This document shows positions 19,281 to 32,006 of a stretch of DNA of 64,000 nucleotides, one piece after another; the stretch's first letter is position 1, and each line of letters opens with the position of its first letter. The stretch comes from an uncultured Chloroflexia bacterium (GTDB taxonomy: Bacteria > Chloroflexota > Chloroflexia > Thermomicrobiales > UBA6265): the NCBI GenBank assembly GCA_963724295.1, contig CAVRUC010000013.1, positions 192,001 to 256,000 of the forward strand, read 5' to 3'. The position numbers and the translations under genes are program-made. Under the pieces are notes generated by a model that worked only from the letters and a program-made list of their open reading frames with translations, searched no databases and was not told where the DNA came from.

Positions 19281-21707
19281 CTATGCGGTCCCATGTGCTC
19301 GGGCTACTCGCTCTTGATTCTCGCTGAGAGCGTCGGCAATTGCCTCGTCCGAGGACATCGCCTGCCCCTTCGCCCAGGCGGCGGCGAATTCCTCACGCCC
19401 GAGCACAGCGGTAGCCTCCGCAATGTAGCGAGCATTGAATTCACGGTCGTTCGGCGGCAGCGATGCATTGAATTGCTCTCGTAGCGCCGCGGCTGCCCCG
19501 AAGAGCCTCGCCGCGCGCTCCGACGCACCGGTCGCGGCCGCGATGAGGGCAAAGTGCTCGATGCCGCGCGCGAGCCACGGTTTATTGGTCAGTTGGCGCC
19601 CGAGCGTCAGCGCCTCGCGCTGAAGCGCTAGCGCTCGCTCGTAGTCACCTTGGACAAAGGCCACCAGGCCCAGGTTACCGAGAGTCATGGCGATACTGTT
19701 CTGGTCCTCCAATGCTCGGACCAGCGCCAACGACTCTTCGTACAGCTTCGTGGCCCGCTCATGGTGGCCTTGGAAGTAGGCGATCAGCCCAAGGTTGTGC
19801 AGCATGTAGGCGATATAGGTTCGATCATCCAGGTGACGGAAGAGCGTCAGTGCTTCCTCGTACGAGGCAATGGCGCGCTCATAGTCACCCTGAGCATCCG
19901 CCACGAGCCCGAGATTGCCATACGAATAGGCGATGCCGGTTGTATCTCCCAGCTCGCGGAAGAGTGACAGTGACTCCCGCCAGAGTGCTTCCGCTCGGTC
20001 GTATTCGCCCTGAAAGAACGCCATCACCCCAGCCCCAAGGAGCGCATGACCCCGCGCGGAAGAACGAACGCCAGGGGCCAGGGCCAGAGCCGTCTCCAGC
20101 CAGCGGCGTCCCTCTTCGTAATACCCCTGGGTCGCCCAGAAGCGATAGAGCGCTCCGCCGAGACCGAGCGCCGCTTCAGAGTCATTCTCCGAAACCGCCC
20201 AGGCCAGAGCGGCCCGTAAGTTGTCGTGTTCAGTCTGCAAGCATGTGAACCAATGTTGCTGGGCTCTTCCCGTCAGTTCCGGCTCCGCCCTTCGAGCCAG
20301 GTCGAGACACCAGGCCAGGTGCCACTCTCGAACTGTGGCCTCCTCGTCGGCCAGCGCCAGGCGCTCCAAACCGTACTCTCGGACCGTCTCCAGCATGCCA
20401 TACCGGAGTTCACCACCATCGCCGGGGAATGGTCGCAATAGGCTTGTGTCGACGAGTCCGGCCAGCAGATCTGGCAGCAACGGGCCATTGGCCGAGCCGA
20501 GGACGGAGTGCGCCTGACCAATCTGGGAACCGGCTCCGGAAACCGCCTCGGCCGCATCCAGCGTGCAGCCACCGGTGAAGACCGCTAGCCGGCGGAAGAG
20601 CGTCTGCTCCGCTGAGGTCAGGAGGTCATGACTCCAGTCGAGCGTGGCGCGCAGAGCCTGCTGTCGCTCTGGAAGGTCCTGGAACCCGCGCGTCAGGAGG
20701 GGAAGACGGCGCTCCAGATGAGCAAGCAAAGCGACAGGAGACAGCACGTTGGCTCGCGTCGCGGCGAGCTCGATAGCTAGCGGCAGGCCGTCGAGTCTAA
20801 CCGTGATCTCGGCGACTGTCCGTGCGTTGTCGGTCGATAGTGAAAACTCTCGATTCGCTGCTCGAGCACGGCGGACAAAGAGCTCGACGGCCGGCACCTC
20901 GATGAGGTCGCCGGGTGGCAAGGCCTTCCCCAAGTCGGGGAGAGTCAGCGGACCCACTGGGAACTGATGCTCCGCCCGGACATGGAGCGGCTTCCGGCTC
21001 GTGGCGAGGATCGTCAGCTCCCGACACGCGGCAAGGAGGTCAGCGATCACCGGCGCGGCAACCACCACGTGCTCGAAGTTGTCGAGAATCAGCAAGATCC
21101 TCTTGCCCTGCATGAAATCAACGACCGTCTGCCGTAGCGGAATCTCGGGGTCGGCTTGCAGCTTGACTGCCCGGGCGATCGCGGCCAGGACCAGCTCAGC
21201 AGCGCGCACCGGCGCAAGGTCGACGAAGGCAGCACCATCCGGCATCGACTCGACCGCTCGCAACCCGATCTCAAGGGCCAATCGCGTCTTGCCGACGCCG
21301 CCGGGGCCGGTCAGCGTCAGTAAAGCCACGTCCGGGACGAGAAGTAGCGCTAGTGCCGCCGCCAGTTCCTGCCGACGACCGACGATCGGGGTCGGCGGAC
21401 GCGGCAGGGAGAACAGCGGCGCCGATACGACGGCACCGTGCGGCGCAACTGGCCGGCCTCGAGCAAGAGCGACGAAGGTATCGCGCTCAGAGCCTCTCAG
21501 ACGAAGGCCGTCGGCCAGCAGCTGGACCGTATCGCGGCGTGGGCGATGAATCGTGCCGCGCTCCAGGTCGCTGATCAAGCGAGCACTGACACCGGCGCGT
21601 TCGGCCAACTCCTCCTGGGTCAAGTCACCGGCGAGTCGCAGCCGCTTGAGTTGGTGACCGAAGGCCAGGAGGACGGTCTGCCGTCCCGCCTCCTCACTGG
21701 TGCTCAT
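19281..21707 (-). CDS. XRE-HTH + NB-ARC/STAND ATPase + TPR regulator
   Basis: N-terminal XRE '[20 protein letters not shown]'; '[11 protein letters not shown]', 'LILDNFEH', '[12 protein letters not shown]'; C-terminal TPR-like repeats. Confidence 0.92.
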   Translation of the reverse strand: MSTSEEAGRQTVLLAFGHQLKRLRLAGDLTQEELAERAGVSARLISDLERGTIHRPRRDTVQLLADGLRLRGSERDTFVALARGRPVAPHGAVVSAPLFSLPRPPTPIVGRRQELAAALALLLVPDVALLTLTGPGGVGKTRLALEIGLRAVESMPDGAAFVDLAPVRAAELVLAAIARAVKLQADPEIPLRQTVVDFMQGKRILLILDNFEHVVVAAPVIADLLAACRELTILATSRKPLHVRAEHQFPVGPLTLPDLGKALPPGDLIEVPAVELFVRRARAANREFSLSTDNARTVAEITVRLDGLPLAIELAATRANVLSPVALLAHLERRLPLLTRGFQDLPERQQALRATLDWSHDLLTSAEQTLFRRLAVFTGGCTLDAAEAVSGAGSQIGQAHSVLGSANGPLLPDLLAGLVDTSLLRPFPGDGGELRYGMLETVREYGLERLALADEEATVREWHLAWCLDLARRAEPELTGRAQQHWFTCLQTEHDNLRAALAWAVSENDSEAALGLGGALYRFWATQGYYEEGRRWLETALALAPGVRSSARGHALLGAGVMAFFQGEYDRAEALWRESLSLFRELGDTTGIAYSYGNLGLVADAQGDYERAIASYEEALTLFRHLDDRTYIAYMLHNLGLIAYFQGHHERATKLYEESLALVRALEDQNSIAMTLGNLGLVAFVQGDYERALALQREALTLGRQLTNKPWLARGIEHFALIAAATGASERAARLFGAAAALREQFNASLPPNDREFNARYIAEATAVLGREEFAAAWAKGQAMSSDEAIADALSENQERVARAHGTA

Positions 21708-22420
21708 GACGGAAGTCTCTACGTTCTAGCAATCCCTGATTAATGCAATTCGATCGTATCACGCCATCTCTGCCGGAGCGCCACAAGCTGTGAGCAGTCT
21801 TGCGAGTGATTTTCATGGTGGTTGCGGGTTCTTGCGGGCAGTCTGGGATCGCAGCCGGCCGCTCGTTGGGGCGATCGGGAACTGCCGGCAATGGGCCGCG
21901 GAGATGCGGATCGCGGCGGATTCGCCTTCCTGTTAGCAAAGGAGAGGAGCGAAATGGTCCCAGGCATGTCCGAACGCGAACGGCTCGCGGCCGATATGCA
22001 GAGACTCGAATGGTTGGCTGACGCCATGCTCGGGCCAGGGCGGCCTTCTCGACCGCGTGGGCCCGCGGTCCCGTCAGGAACTCGCAGAACCGTTCCCCTT
22101 GGTTTGTGCCGCCGTGGTTTTGCGATAGCGCAAGATCTGAATCGGCGCATCTGCACGATCCGGCCGAGAACGGGGTGGTCACTTCCTGGCGAGGTGCCCG
22201 ACCAAGAGATCGCCTGAGCCTGCCGGATGAATACCTGGAGGAAGCATCTTCCCGCTGGTCCTCCCGTACGCAATGGAAAGGCAGGAAATTCTTCAACTAC
22301 CCCTTGGGAGATCCCTTTCACTCTGGTTCTCACCGAGGACCGCGCCATGTATTCCAATGCCGCGTCCTCCCGGTCCTACTCACGACGTCAGACTCGGTAG
22401 TCGCAAGGAGAACGCTTTTC

Positions 22421-23644
22421 ATGAACGAACGACACTTTGATGCCCTTGCACGGGCGATGGCCGCACCGCGGCCACGACGCTCCGTCATCGCCGGCATCGT
22501 CGCCGCAATGCTGACCGGAAGCAGGCGACTCGCTGCGGCGGCCTGCAAGGAAGTTGGGCAAAACTGCGATAGAAACCGCGACTGCTGCGACCACGCCGAG
22601 TGCAACAACAAGACGTGCGCGTGCAAGATCGGCTTCGATGACTGCAGCGGACGGTGCAGGAACCTCAGCACCGACGAGCAGTACTGCGGCGATTGCACGA
22701 CTGCCTGTGCTGTTGGTGAGTCCTGCTGCAGTGGCGCCTGCTTCGATACGCTGACCGACGACACCCATTGTGGATCGTGTACCACCGTCTGCGCCGCCGA
22801 GGCAACCTGCTGCGCCGGCGCGTGCGTCGAGCTTGCCAGCAACGATGGTCACTGCGGATCCTGCGGCAATGCCTGTGCCGATGACGAGTCCTGCTGCGCC
22901 AGCATCTGCGTCAATACGCAAAGCGATAACGACAACTGCGGAGCGTGTGGTGTCGACTGCGCCGGAGAAACCTGCTGCCGTGGGGAGTGCACCGATCTCC
23001 AGCGCGACGGGGGCAACTGCGGCAGCTGTGGAATACGATGCGATTTCGGCTGGATTTGTCAGGACGCCGAATGCGTTCGGGACGTGGAACTTCGGTGCAT
23101 GGGCACCGGAACCGACTGCGATGGCGAGTGCGTTGATCTTGAGAGTAACCGGCTTCACTGCGGGGCATGCGGCCATAGCTGCGAGCAGGGCACCCGCTGC
23201 TGTGGCGGTGAGTGCGTCAGCGTCAAGAGCAACCGGACCCATTGCGGCGCCTGCGGCAACGTCTGCCCTGGACTTGAGAGCTGCTGCAACGGCATGTGCA
23301 CGTACCTGGACCACGTCGACCACTGCGGCGGCTGTGGTCTGGAGTGCCCTTCTGGCGCAGATCGGTGCCTCGGAGGCATGTGCTGCTATCCCGGGGAGGA
23401 GCATCCTCGCTCCCCGGACTGTGGCGAGGTTGGGTGCTGTCACACGTCCCCGGTGCCTAACTGCAACAACTGCCCGACAGGGTCTCGCTGCTGCGATGCG
23501 GTATGCACTGAGATTCAGAGCAACCGAGCCAACTGTGGCGCCTGTGATCGCGCCTGCGACGACAACGCTATCTGCCTCAATGGACGATGCGTCTCATGTC
23601 CTCCGGGTCGAGTCGTCTGCGGCAACGCGTGCTGCCTTCCTTAA
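22421..23644 (+). CDS. Exported Cys-rich repeat protein (STIG1-like / D-x2-HCG-x-C repeats)
   Basis: AAGGAG RBS; 'MNERHFDALARA...RRS' leader; about nine ~28-aa repeats of the form C-x5-(D/N)-x2-(H/N)CGxC-x3-C-x5-CCxGxC. Confidence 0.85.
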   Translation: MNERHFDALARAMAAPRPRRSVIAGIVAAMLTGSRRLAAAACKEVGQNCDRNRDCCDHAECNNKTCACKIGFDDCSGRCRNLSTDEQYCGDCTTACAVGESCCSGACFDTLTDDTHCGSCTTVCAAEATCCAGACVELASNDGHCGSCGNACADDESCCASICVNTQSDNDNCGACGVDCAGETCCRGECTDLQRDGGNCGSCGIRCDFGWICQDAECVRDVELRCMGTGTDCDGECVDLESNRLHCGACGHSCEQGTRCCGGECVSVKSNRTHCGACGNVCPGLESCCNGMCTYLDHVDHCGGCGLECPSGADRCLGGMCCYPGEEHPRSPDCGEVGCCHTSPVPNCNNCPTGSRCCDAVCTEIQSNRANCGACDRACDDNAICLNGRCVSCPPGRVVCGNACCLP

Positions 23645-23890
23645 GAAAAGAGGACGCCATTACCTCTGCCGCGGCGCGCCGCGGCAGAGGCCAGGTGCTG
23701 GGTGCGCAAGTGAGGCGCAGGAGGGGAAGGCGCATCGCACCGGCACCCTGTTGACGGATTTTGACGATCGGTCTAGGCTGGCCACCTCACCAGGGCACTG
23801 TGGCCTTGGCAGCGCCGGATGTGTCCGGCGCACGGGGCACAGGCTACCCGGCCGTGATGGCCGAGCCACTCAGTGGCGAGGAGGAAATCC

Positions 23891-25291
23891 GTGAGCGATC
23901 CCCGTGTTGATTCTCTCGTTGATGAAGCGATGCGCCTTCGTCTCTCGCGGCGCAGCATCATGCGGCGCGGCGCCGCGCTTGGACTCTCGACGGCCGCGGT
24001 CGCGGGCGTGCTGGCATCGGCAGGTCGCGTAAGCGCCGCCCCGCGCGCGGCTGCGCTCCTCCAGGATCGCCAGTTGAACGTGCTGCAGGCGAGCTACTTC
24101 GTTCCCGAAGGACAGGAGTTCTTTAATCAAGTCGCGGAAGAGTGGGGTAGCCAGAACGGCGTCGCCATAACCGCCGATTACATTGCCTGGCCGGACCTGC
24201 AGCCGCGCATCGCGGCCGCCGTCGAGGGAGGTTCTGGCGCTGATATCATCGAGATGTGGGAAATCTGGCCCTACCTCTATTCCGAGAACATGGTGCCGGT
24301 CGACGACCTGGCGATGGCAGTCAGCGAGGAGTACGGCGGCTTCTACGATTGGGTGGTGGATACCGCTTCGGTCGACGGCAAGTGGTACAGCGTCCCGCAT
24401 GGCAACTCCAGCTCCGCGTTTGCCTATCGCATCAGTCTGGTCGAGGAAGCCGGCATCGAAGATCCCAAGAACAACTTCCCCAAGACGTACGAAGAGCTCT
24501 TTGCGCTCGGCAAGACGCTGAAGGAAATGGGCAAGCCGTTCGGGCAGGCGCTCGGCCACAGCCAGGGCGACCCGCCGTCGTTTGCCTACCCCTTCATGTG
24601 GGCCCACGGCGCGATGGAGGTCGAGGAAGACGGCACCACGGTTGCCATCAACAAGCCGGAGTTCGTCGAGGCACTCCAGGCGTTCACTCAACACTGGAAG
24701 GACGCCTATGACGAGACCGGGCTGTCCTGGGATGACGGTGCCAACAATCGCGCTTTCCTCTCCGATCAGATCTCCGGCACGCTGAACGGCAGCAGTATCT
24801 ATATCGCTGCGGTCAACGCGAAGGCAGGCGAGTCGACGCTCGACTATGAGGTGCAGGTCGAACCCGATGACATCTGGCACTCGGGATTCCCGGAAGGACC
24901 GGCCGGGCGGTTTGCTGCCCTCGGCAGCCGATCCTTCGGCGCCATGAGCTACTCACCGAACGCGGAAGTGGCCGTGGAGTTCCTGCAGCACTTTTTCACG
25001 CCGGAGGTCTTCATCCCCTGGTTGGAGGCACAGGATGGCTACATCATCCCGATGGCGCCAGGCTATGCCGATCTGGAGATCTACACCGGCAACCCGACCC
25101 TTGCCCCCTACCCAGCGCTGGCGGAATACGGTCGTCCTAGGGGATACGCCGGCCCGTCGAATCAGAAGGCCGCCGAGGTCGCTGCGCGCTACATCATCGT
25201 CGATACGATCGCCCAGGCGATCCAGTCCGGTGACGCGGCGGGCGCCGTGCAGCAAGCCGAGGCCCAGTTGCAGCGCATTTACGGAAGCTAA
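23891..25291 (+). CDS. Carbohydrate ABC transporter substrate-binding protein (Tat-like signal)
   Basis: 'LSRRSIMRRGAALG' leader; SBP motifs 'DGKWYSVP', 'WDDGANNRAFLS'; GAGGA RBS before GTG. Confidence 0.88.
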   Translation: MSDPRVDSLVDEAMRLRLSRRSIMRRGAALGLSTAAVAGVLASAGRVSAAPRAAALLQDRQLNVLQASYFVPEGQEFFNQVAEEWGSQNGVAITADYIAWPDLQPRIAAAVEGGSGADIIEMWEIWPYLYSENMVPVDDLAMAVSEEYGGFYDWVVDTASVDGKWYSVPHGNSSSAFAYRISLVEEAGIEDPKNNFPKTYEELFALGKTLKEMGKPFGQALGHSQGDPPSFAYPFMWAHGAMEVEEDGTTVAINKPEFVEALQAFTQHWKDAYDETGLSWDDGANNRAFLSDQISGTLNGSSIYIAAVNAKAGESTLDYEVQVEPDDIWHSGFPEGPAGRFAALGSRSFGAMSYSPNAEVAVEFLQHFFTPEVFIPWLEAQDGYIIPMAPGYADLEIYTGNPTLAPYPALAEYGRPRGYAGPSNQKAAEVAARYIIVDTIAQAIQSGDAAGAVQQAEAQLQRIYGS

Positions 25292-25400
25292 CCGCACCTC
25301 GCCACAGCGCTTGGCTGCCTCGAAGACGGGGCAGCCAAGCGCCGGCCCATGCGTTCTCCGTCGCGCACCCGGGTGAATTGACTTTGCCCCGGAGCAGCCC

Positions 25401-26337
25401 ATGAGCGTCATCACCGCCGAATCCAGAGCCGAGGCAGAGGTCGTCCAGCAGCCTCGAGGCAAGGCGCGCTTCTGGGAGCGAGAAGCGCCTCTCGCCTACA
25501 TCTTCATGATCCCGGGTCTGGTCCTTCTGCTCCTGTTCATGGCCTACCCGTTTTTCCTCGGCATCTATCTCTCCATGACCGACAAAATGGTCGGATTCGC
25601 CGATTTCAACTTTGTCTGGTTTGAGAATTTTCAGCTCCTGCTCAGGGACCAGATCTTTCACCGCACCGTCGCCAACACACTGATCTACAGCTTCATTACC
25701 GTGCCGTTCAAGCTGTTTCTCGGGCTTGGTCTAGCCTTGGTGCTGAACCAGACGTTTCACTTCAGCAGATTCATCCGCGCCGGTCTGCTGCTGCCGTTCA
25801 TCGTCCCCACGGCTATCAGCAGCCTGGCCTGGTTGATGCTCTTCGACAGCGTCCTCAGTCCCATCTCCTGGGTCCTCAAGAGCTGGGGCATGATTCAAAC
25901 GAACATCAATTTCCTCGGCGACCGCTGGAATGCCATCGCCTCCGTCTGCGTTGCCAACATCTGGCGCGGACTCCCCTTCTTCGCCATCTCCATTCTCGCC
26001 GGGTTGCAGGCGGTTTCGCCGGAGCTTGCACGAGGCCGCGGCACTGGATGGCGCCAATGCCTTTCAGCGGTTCCGATCGGTGACCCTGCCGACGATCCGC
26101 ACCATCCTTCTGATCACTACCCTCTTCTCCATCATCTTCACGTTCTCCGATTTTCAGCTCATCTACGTCCTGACGAAGGGTGGTCCGGCAAGCTCCACCC
26201 ACATCTTCGGCACCTATGCCTATCAGATGATGAGCTTTTCCGCCCTGGGGCAGGCGGCGGCGGTTGCGCTTTCCATGTTCCCCTTCCTGGCGCTTTTCGC
26301 CGCGATTCTGCTGCGCTACATCCGCGCGGATGATTAG
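25401..26337 (+). pseudogene. Carbohydrate ABC permease with a +1 frameshift at ~26025-26027 (possible sequencing error)
   Basis: First frame runs to ...LQAVSPEL; the EAA loop 'LHEAAALDGA' and the rest of the permease continue in the next frame to stop 26337. Confidence 0.85.
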
Positions 26338-26345
26338 AGGCTGAT

Positions 26346-27191
26346 ATGGTTGGCAGTAACGTCCTCAGCCAACGGCTCCTCAAACTCTGGATCCCGCTCT
26401 CGCTCTATGCCGTTTTTCTGCTCTTCCCCTTCGCCTGGATGCTGATCGTCTCGATCAAACCGGATCAGTTACTACTCGACACGCGCCTCAACCCGTTCGC
26501 CATCATCAACCCGACGCTGGAGAACTACCGCTATCTGTTGCAGGAGACCGAGTTCCCCCGCTGGATCTGGAACACGCTCGTAGTGACCGTTGGGGCCACG
26601 GCACTGTCGCTCTTCTGCAGCATCCTCATCGGCTACGCATTGGGGCGGTTTCGCTTCCGGGGCGGGAACACGATGGGGATCGCGATCTTTATGCTCTATC
26701 TCGTACCCCCGACGCTCCTCTTCATTCCGCTATCGAGAATCGTCTCCGACTTCGGGCTCTACAACAGCTACTGGGCATTGATCCTGGTCTACCCCACCTT
26801 TCTTATCCCATTCGCGTCCTGGTTGCTGATGGGGTATTTCCGCACCATCTCGCGCGAGCTAGAGGACGCGGCACTCGTCGACGGGGCGACCCGCTTGCAG
26901 GCGATGACGCGCATCGTGCTGCCGCTGGCGATCCCGGGCGTGCTCTCGGCCGGCATCTTCTGCTTCACGCTGGCCTGGAACGAGTTTCTCTATGCCCTCG
27001 TCTTCATGGGCTCAGGCGACATGAAAACGGTGCCGGTCGGTGTGGTCAGCGACCTGATCAGGGCGGACCTCTACTTCTGGGGCTCGCTCATGGCCGCGGG
27101 GCTTCTCGGGTCCGTCCCAGTTGCCGTCGCCTACGCCTTCCTCGTCGACCACTACGTCTCCGGTCTCACGGCGGGCGCGACAAAGGGCTAA
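26346..27191 (+). CDS. Carbohydrate ABC permease (MalG-like)
   Basis: 'ELEDAALVDGAT', 'AWNEFLYA', terminal 'GLTAGATKG'. Confidence 0.93.
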   Translation: MVGSNVLSQRLLKLWIPLSLYAVFLLFPFAWMLIVSIKPDQLLLDTRLNPFAIINPTLENYRYLLQETEFPRWIWNTLVVTVGATALSLFCSILIGYALGRFRFRGGNTMGIAIFMLYLVPPTLLFIPLSRIVSDFGLYNSYWALILVYPTFLIPFASWLLMGYFRTISRELEDAALVDGATRLQAMTRIVLPLAIPGVLSAGIFCFTLAWNEFLYALVFMGSGDMKTVPVGVVSDLIRADLYFWGSLMAAGLLGSVPVAVAYAFLVDHYVSGLTAGATKG

Positions 27192-27435
27192 GGCGCTCAC
27201 GCGTAACCCAAGCCTCCTCGGAACTGGATCAAACACTTGCGCTGAACCTGCCAGGGTCGCGGGCGGGAATCGGCACTCCAGCTCTGGCATTTTGCGGAGT
27301 AGCACGATCGCCTCGATCATGCAGCCGAGGGCGGCTTCGCTATCGACGCAGGCGCAGGAGCCGTCACCGCGTCCGCTATGCTTCAGCAATTGAGGCCGGA
27401 CCGACGCTTGGGTGCGCAGACCGCGAGGAATCACG

Positions 27436-28512
27436 ATGATTGCCGAGACGATGACTGTTGTGCGGACGCACGGACCGCGCGACTACCGCGTTGAAGAGAT
27501 CCCTGTTCCCTCTCCGGGACCGGGCGAAGTCCTCATCGAAGTCGATGCTTGTGGAATCTGCGCATCCGACATGAAGTGCTGGCTGGGGGGCGAGCTCTTC
27601 TGGGGCAGTGACGGCAAAAGCGGTTATTGCGAGCCACCTGCCGTCGCCGGTCACGAGTTCGCCGGTCACGTCGTGGCGCTGGGCGAAGGCGCGGCTGAAC
27701 GGCACAGCGTCCAGCTCGGTGATCGGGTGATCGCCGAGCAGATCATCCCCTGCGGCGAGTGCCGGTTTTGCCAGAACGGGAAGTACTGGATGTGCCAGGT
27801 GCATCCGATCTTTGGCTTCAAGAGCTTCCTCATCGGCGGCATGGCGAAATACTCCCTGTACCCCGCCAGGTCGATCGTGCACAAGGTGCCCGAATCACTC
27901 TCGGCCGGGGAGGCCGCGTACGTCGAGCCGGCGGCCTGCGCCTGGCATGCGGTCGAGCGGGGAGAGATCGCCAAGGGGGACACCGTCGTCATTGCCGGTG
28001 TCGGCAACATCGGACTCTGCATGCTCCAGATCGCCAAACTGTTCGAGCCGGGTCAGTTGATCGCCCTCGACGCCAAGGATTACCGACTCGATATCGCCAG
28101 CCAGATGGGCGCCGACGCGAGCATCAATGTCACCCAGGAGGACGCCGTGCAGCGGGTGAAGGATCTCACCGACGGCTACGGTTGTGATGTCTTCATCGAG
28201 GCGACCGGCAATCCGGCCGCGGTACCGCTCGGCCTACAGATGATCCGCAAGCTGGGCACCTTCGTCGAGTTCAGCGTCTTCAATGAGCCCGTGACGGTCA
28301 ACTGGACCATCATTGGCGATACCAAAGAGCTGAACATCCACGGCAGCCACCTCGGGCCATACTGCTACCCGAAGACGATCGCCGCGATTGCCGACGGCCG
28401 GCTCGACGTCAAACCGCTCATCGCGGAGGCGTACCCATTGACCTCGTTCCATGAGGCGATGGAGTCCTCACTCTCCGGCGGCGTGCTCAAGAACATCCTC
28501 GTCCCGGTCTGA
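27436..28512 (+). CDS. eltD: Zn-dependent polyol dehydrogenase (erythritol/L-threitol dehydrogenase-like)
   Basis: 'GICASDMKC..G...FWG', 'GHEF', 'EQIIPCGECRFC..G.YWMC', 'WTIIGDTKEL.IHGSHLGPYCYP' recall the EltD subfamily. Confidence 0.75.
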   Translation: MIAETMTVVRTHGPRDYRVEEIPVPSPGPGEVLIEVDACGICASDMKCWLGGELFWGSDGKSGYCEPPAVAGHEFAGHVVALGEGAAERHSVQLGDRVIAEQIIPCGECRFCQNGKYWMCQVHPIFGFKSFLIGGMAKYSLYPARSIVHKVPESLSAGEAAYVEPAACAWHAVERGEIAKGDTVVIAGVGNIGLCMLQIAKLFEPGQLIALDAKDYRLDIASQMGADASINVTQEDAVQRVKDLTDGYGCDVFIEATGNPAAVPLGLQMIRKLGTFVEFSVFNEPVTVNWTIIGDTKELNIHGSHLGPYCYPKTIAAIADGRLDVKPLIAEAYPLTSFHEAMESSLSGGVLKNILVPV

Positions 28513-28545
28513 TCGGCGAGCTGGGCCGGAGCGCCGGGGAATGGT

Positions 28546-29295
28546 ATGAGCGCGATGTCGCCTGAGCGGCGGGTGACCTTTCTCTTCGATGTCGATAACA
28601 CCCTGATCGACAACGACCGGGCCAAGAAAGATCTCTCGACACGCATCGCCGAGCTCCTCGGCGTAGCGGGGGAGCGACGCTTCTGGCAACTGTACGAGGA
28701 GGTCCGGCACGATCTGGGACTCGTCAATATCCCGCTCCTGCTGGCGCGCTACAGCGATGAGCTCGACGCGGATTCAACACTCACTGACGCTGAACGGCGT
28801 CGCCTGCGCTTTGCCCTCGCCGATCTGGTGATGGGATTCCCCTATGGCGAGTATCTCTATCCGGGCGCGATGGACGCGGTGCGGAAGGCGCGGAAACTGG
28901 GGCAGGTTGCCGTTCTCTCCGAAGGCGATGCCACATTCCAGCCGCATAAGATCTGGCGTACGGGTCTCGATCCCGAAGTCGACGGCAACGTGCTCGTCTT
29001 CGACCGCAAGCTCGATCACCTGGATGAGATGACTGCCGCATTTCCTGCCGACCACTATGTGCTCGTCGAAGACAAACCGGAGATCCTGACGGTGGTCAAA
29101 CGCGCTCTGGGCCCGCGTGTGACGACGGTACTGGTGCGGCAGGGCAAGTACGGGCAGGCGCCACTGCCCGAGGACGCACCGCCCGATCTGGTCTTTGACA
29201 GCATCGGGGCACTGGCCGCCAGCGACTTTTCGCTCCTCGATCGTGAGCTCCAAGTTGGATCATCGCAACAGTCGGTGACAGCCTCCAGGACTTGA
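28546..29295 (+). CDS. HAD-superfamily hydrolase
   Basis: 'FLFDVDNTLIDND', 'LSEGD..FQP.KI', 'LVEDK', 'VRQGKY'. Confidence 0.85.
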   Translation: MSAMSPERRVTFLFDVDNTLIDNDRAKKDLSTRIAELLGVAGERRFWQLYEEVRHDLGLVNIPLLLARYSDELDADSTLTDAERRRLRFALADLVMGFPYGEYLYPGAMDAVRKARKLGQVAVLSEGDATFQPHKIWRTGLDPEVDGNVLVFDRKLDHLDEMTAAFPADHYVLVEDKPEILTVVKRALGPRVTTVLVRQGKYGQAPLPEDAPPDLVFDSIGALAASDFSLLDRELQVGSSQQSVTASRT

Positions 29296-29320
29296 CATAG
29301 TTCCGCTATCCGCATACAAT
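29292..29320 (+). promoter_or_regulatory. rrn promoter P1
   Basis: TTGACA-17 nt-TACAAT; the -35 overlaps the HAD stop codon. Confidence 0.85.
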
Positions 29321-29391
29321 TATCCTCTTGCTTGCGCGGACCCATCGCCGTCAAGCGAGCCGGGCGCGACAAGCGCCCCAAGGCGGACTAC

Positions 29392-29420
29392 TTGACATAG
29401 TAGCGCTGTCGTAGTAAACT
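29392..29420 (+). promoter_or_regulatory. rrn promoter P2
   Basis: TTGACA-17 nt-TAAACT, exactly 100 bp after P1. Confidence 0.8.
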
Positions 29421-29540
29421 GATGGGGTTCCCAAAGTTGCTGGATGCGACGCGGAGCGTCTCCCGAGAAGATCGGGGGCGCGGCTCTAGCGCCTCCCTTC
29501 CGACGGGAATAGCAGAACGCAATGACCCTGAGCCCGGGCC

Positions 29541-29570
29541 TTGACAGGGTGGCGGGAAGCGGGGTAACCT
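29541..29570 (+). promoter_or_regulatory. rrn promoter P3 (putative)
   Basis: TTGACA-18 nt-TAACCT. Confidence 0.6.
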
Positions 29571-30017
29571 TTGCGGGCTCCGGTGAGGAGCGACCCCCGA
29601 TCGTGGAACGGGCGGCCGGATGGAACGGGTGAAGCGGCAGTGCCGCAGCAGCCGTACCGAGGTTGTCTCGCCGCGCGGGGTAGCACGTTGACAAGCTGGC
29701 GCAGCGGACGGCAGGGGCGGAACGTCTCTCCTAAAAAGAGAGGCGACGACGGACCAGGGTGTCGTGTGCCGAAGACGGAGCGAGCGGAGGGTACTGGCGC
29801 GGGGCTTTCGGGTCTGGCGGCAGGACTGCTTCGGCTCGCCCAACAGCAACAAGTCAGCCAGTCAAGCGCGTGGCCATCACACGCAAGCGCCGGGCTCGGC
29901 GGGTCTTCGGGCCGGTCGGACTTAGGTGCGATTCTACGGAATCACATGGACTCGGCAACGAGTCCCGACGCTTCGGCGTCATCGACGCGCAAGCGTCACC
30001 GATGCTTCGGCATCACA

Positions 30018-31544
<1,527 letters not shown>

Positions 31545-31863
31545 TAGGGAGTAGCAGTGGACCGCGTGGTCGGTGAGACCGCGGGAGGTCGCTGCGGACC
31601 CGTGTCAAGCTGCCGAGTGGTGATCCGGCATCGGTGGGCACCGAGCCCCGAGGTCTTCCCGTCGCGAGACGGTGGCAGGACCTGGCAGGGGCGCCACGGA
31701 TGGCGGGGAGGTCGGCGGCGCCAGGTGCGGGCTGGCTGGTGAATGCTGTTGGGCGGAGACGAGACTCCGCGCGCTCCGTCTTGGGCATGGGGCGACTGGT
31801 TCGGCGGGGAAGACCCGGGTCCTGTCCGCCGCTGGGGACGACGGGGCGCGTCCTCGGGGTCGC

Positions 31864-31937
31864 GGGCGCGTAGCTCAGGTGGTTAGAGCGCGGCCCTGAT
31901 AAGGCCGAGGTCCCTGGTTCGAGTCCAGGCGCGCCCA
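31864..31937 (+). tRNA. tRNA-Ile(GAT)
   Basis: GGGCGCG/CGCGCCC acceptor stem, anticodon loop CTGATAA, GGTTCGAGTCC; CCA not encoded. Confidence 0.97.
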
Positions 31938-32006
31938 CCCGGTTCGGTCTGCTGGCCTGTCTGCTGGCCTGGAGCGGGAACGCGGAGCGCCGGGACGCTG
32001 CTGTCG

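Noticed and set aside
29688..29693. Fourth TTGACA upstream of 16S as a promoter
   Set aside because: No -10 at proper spacing; better explained as the boxA-like/processing motif.
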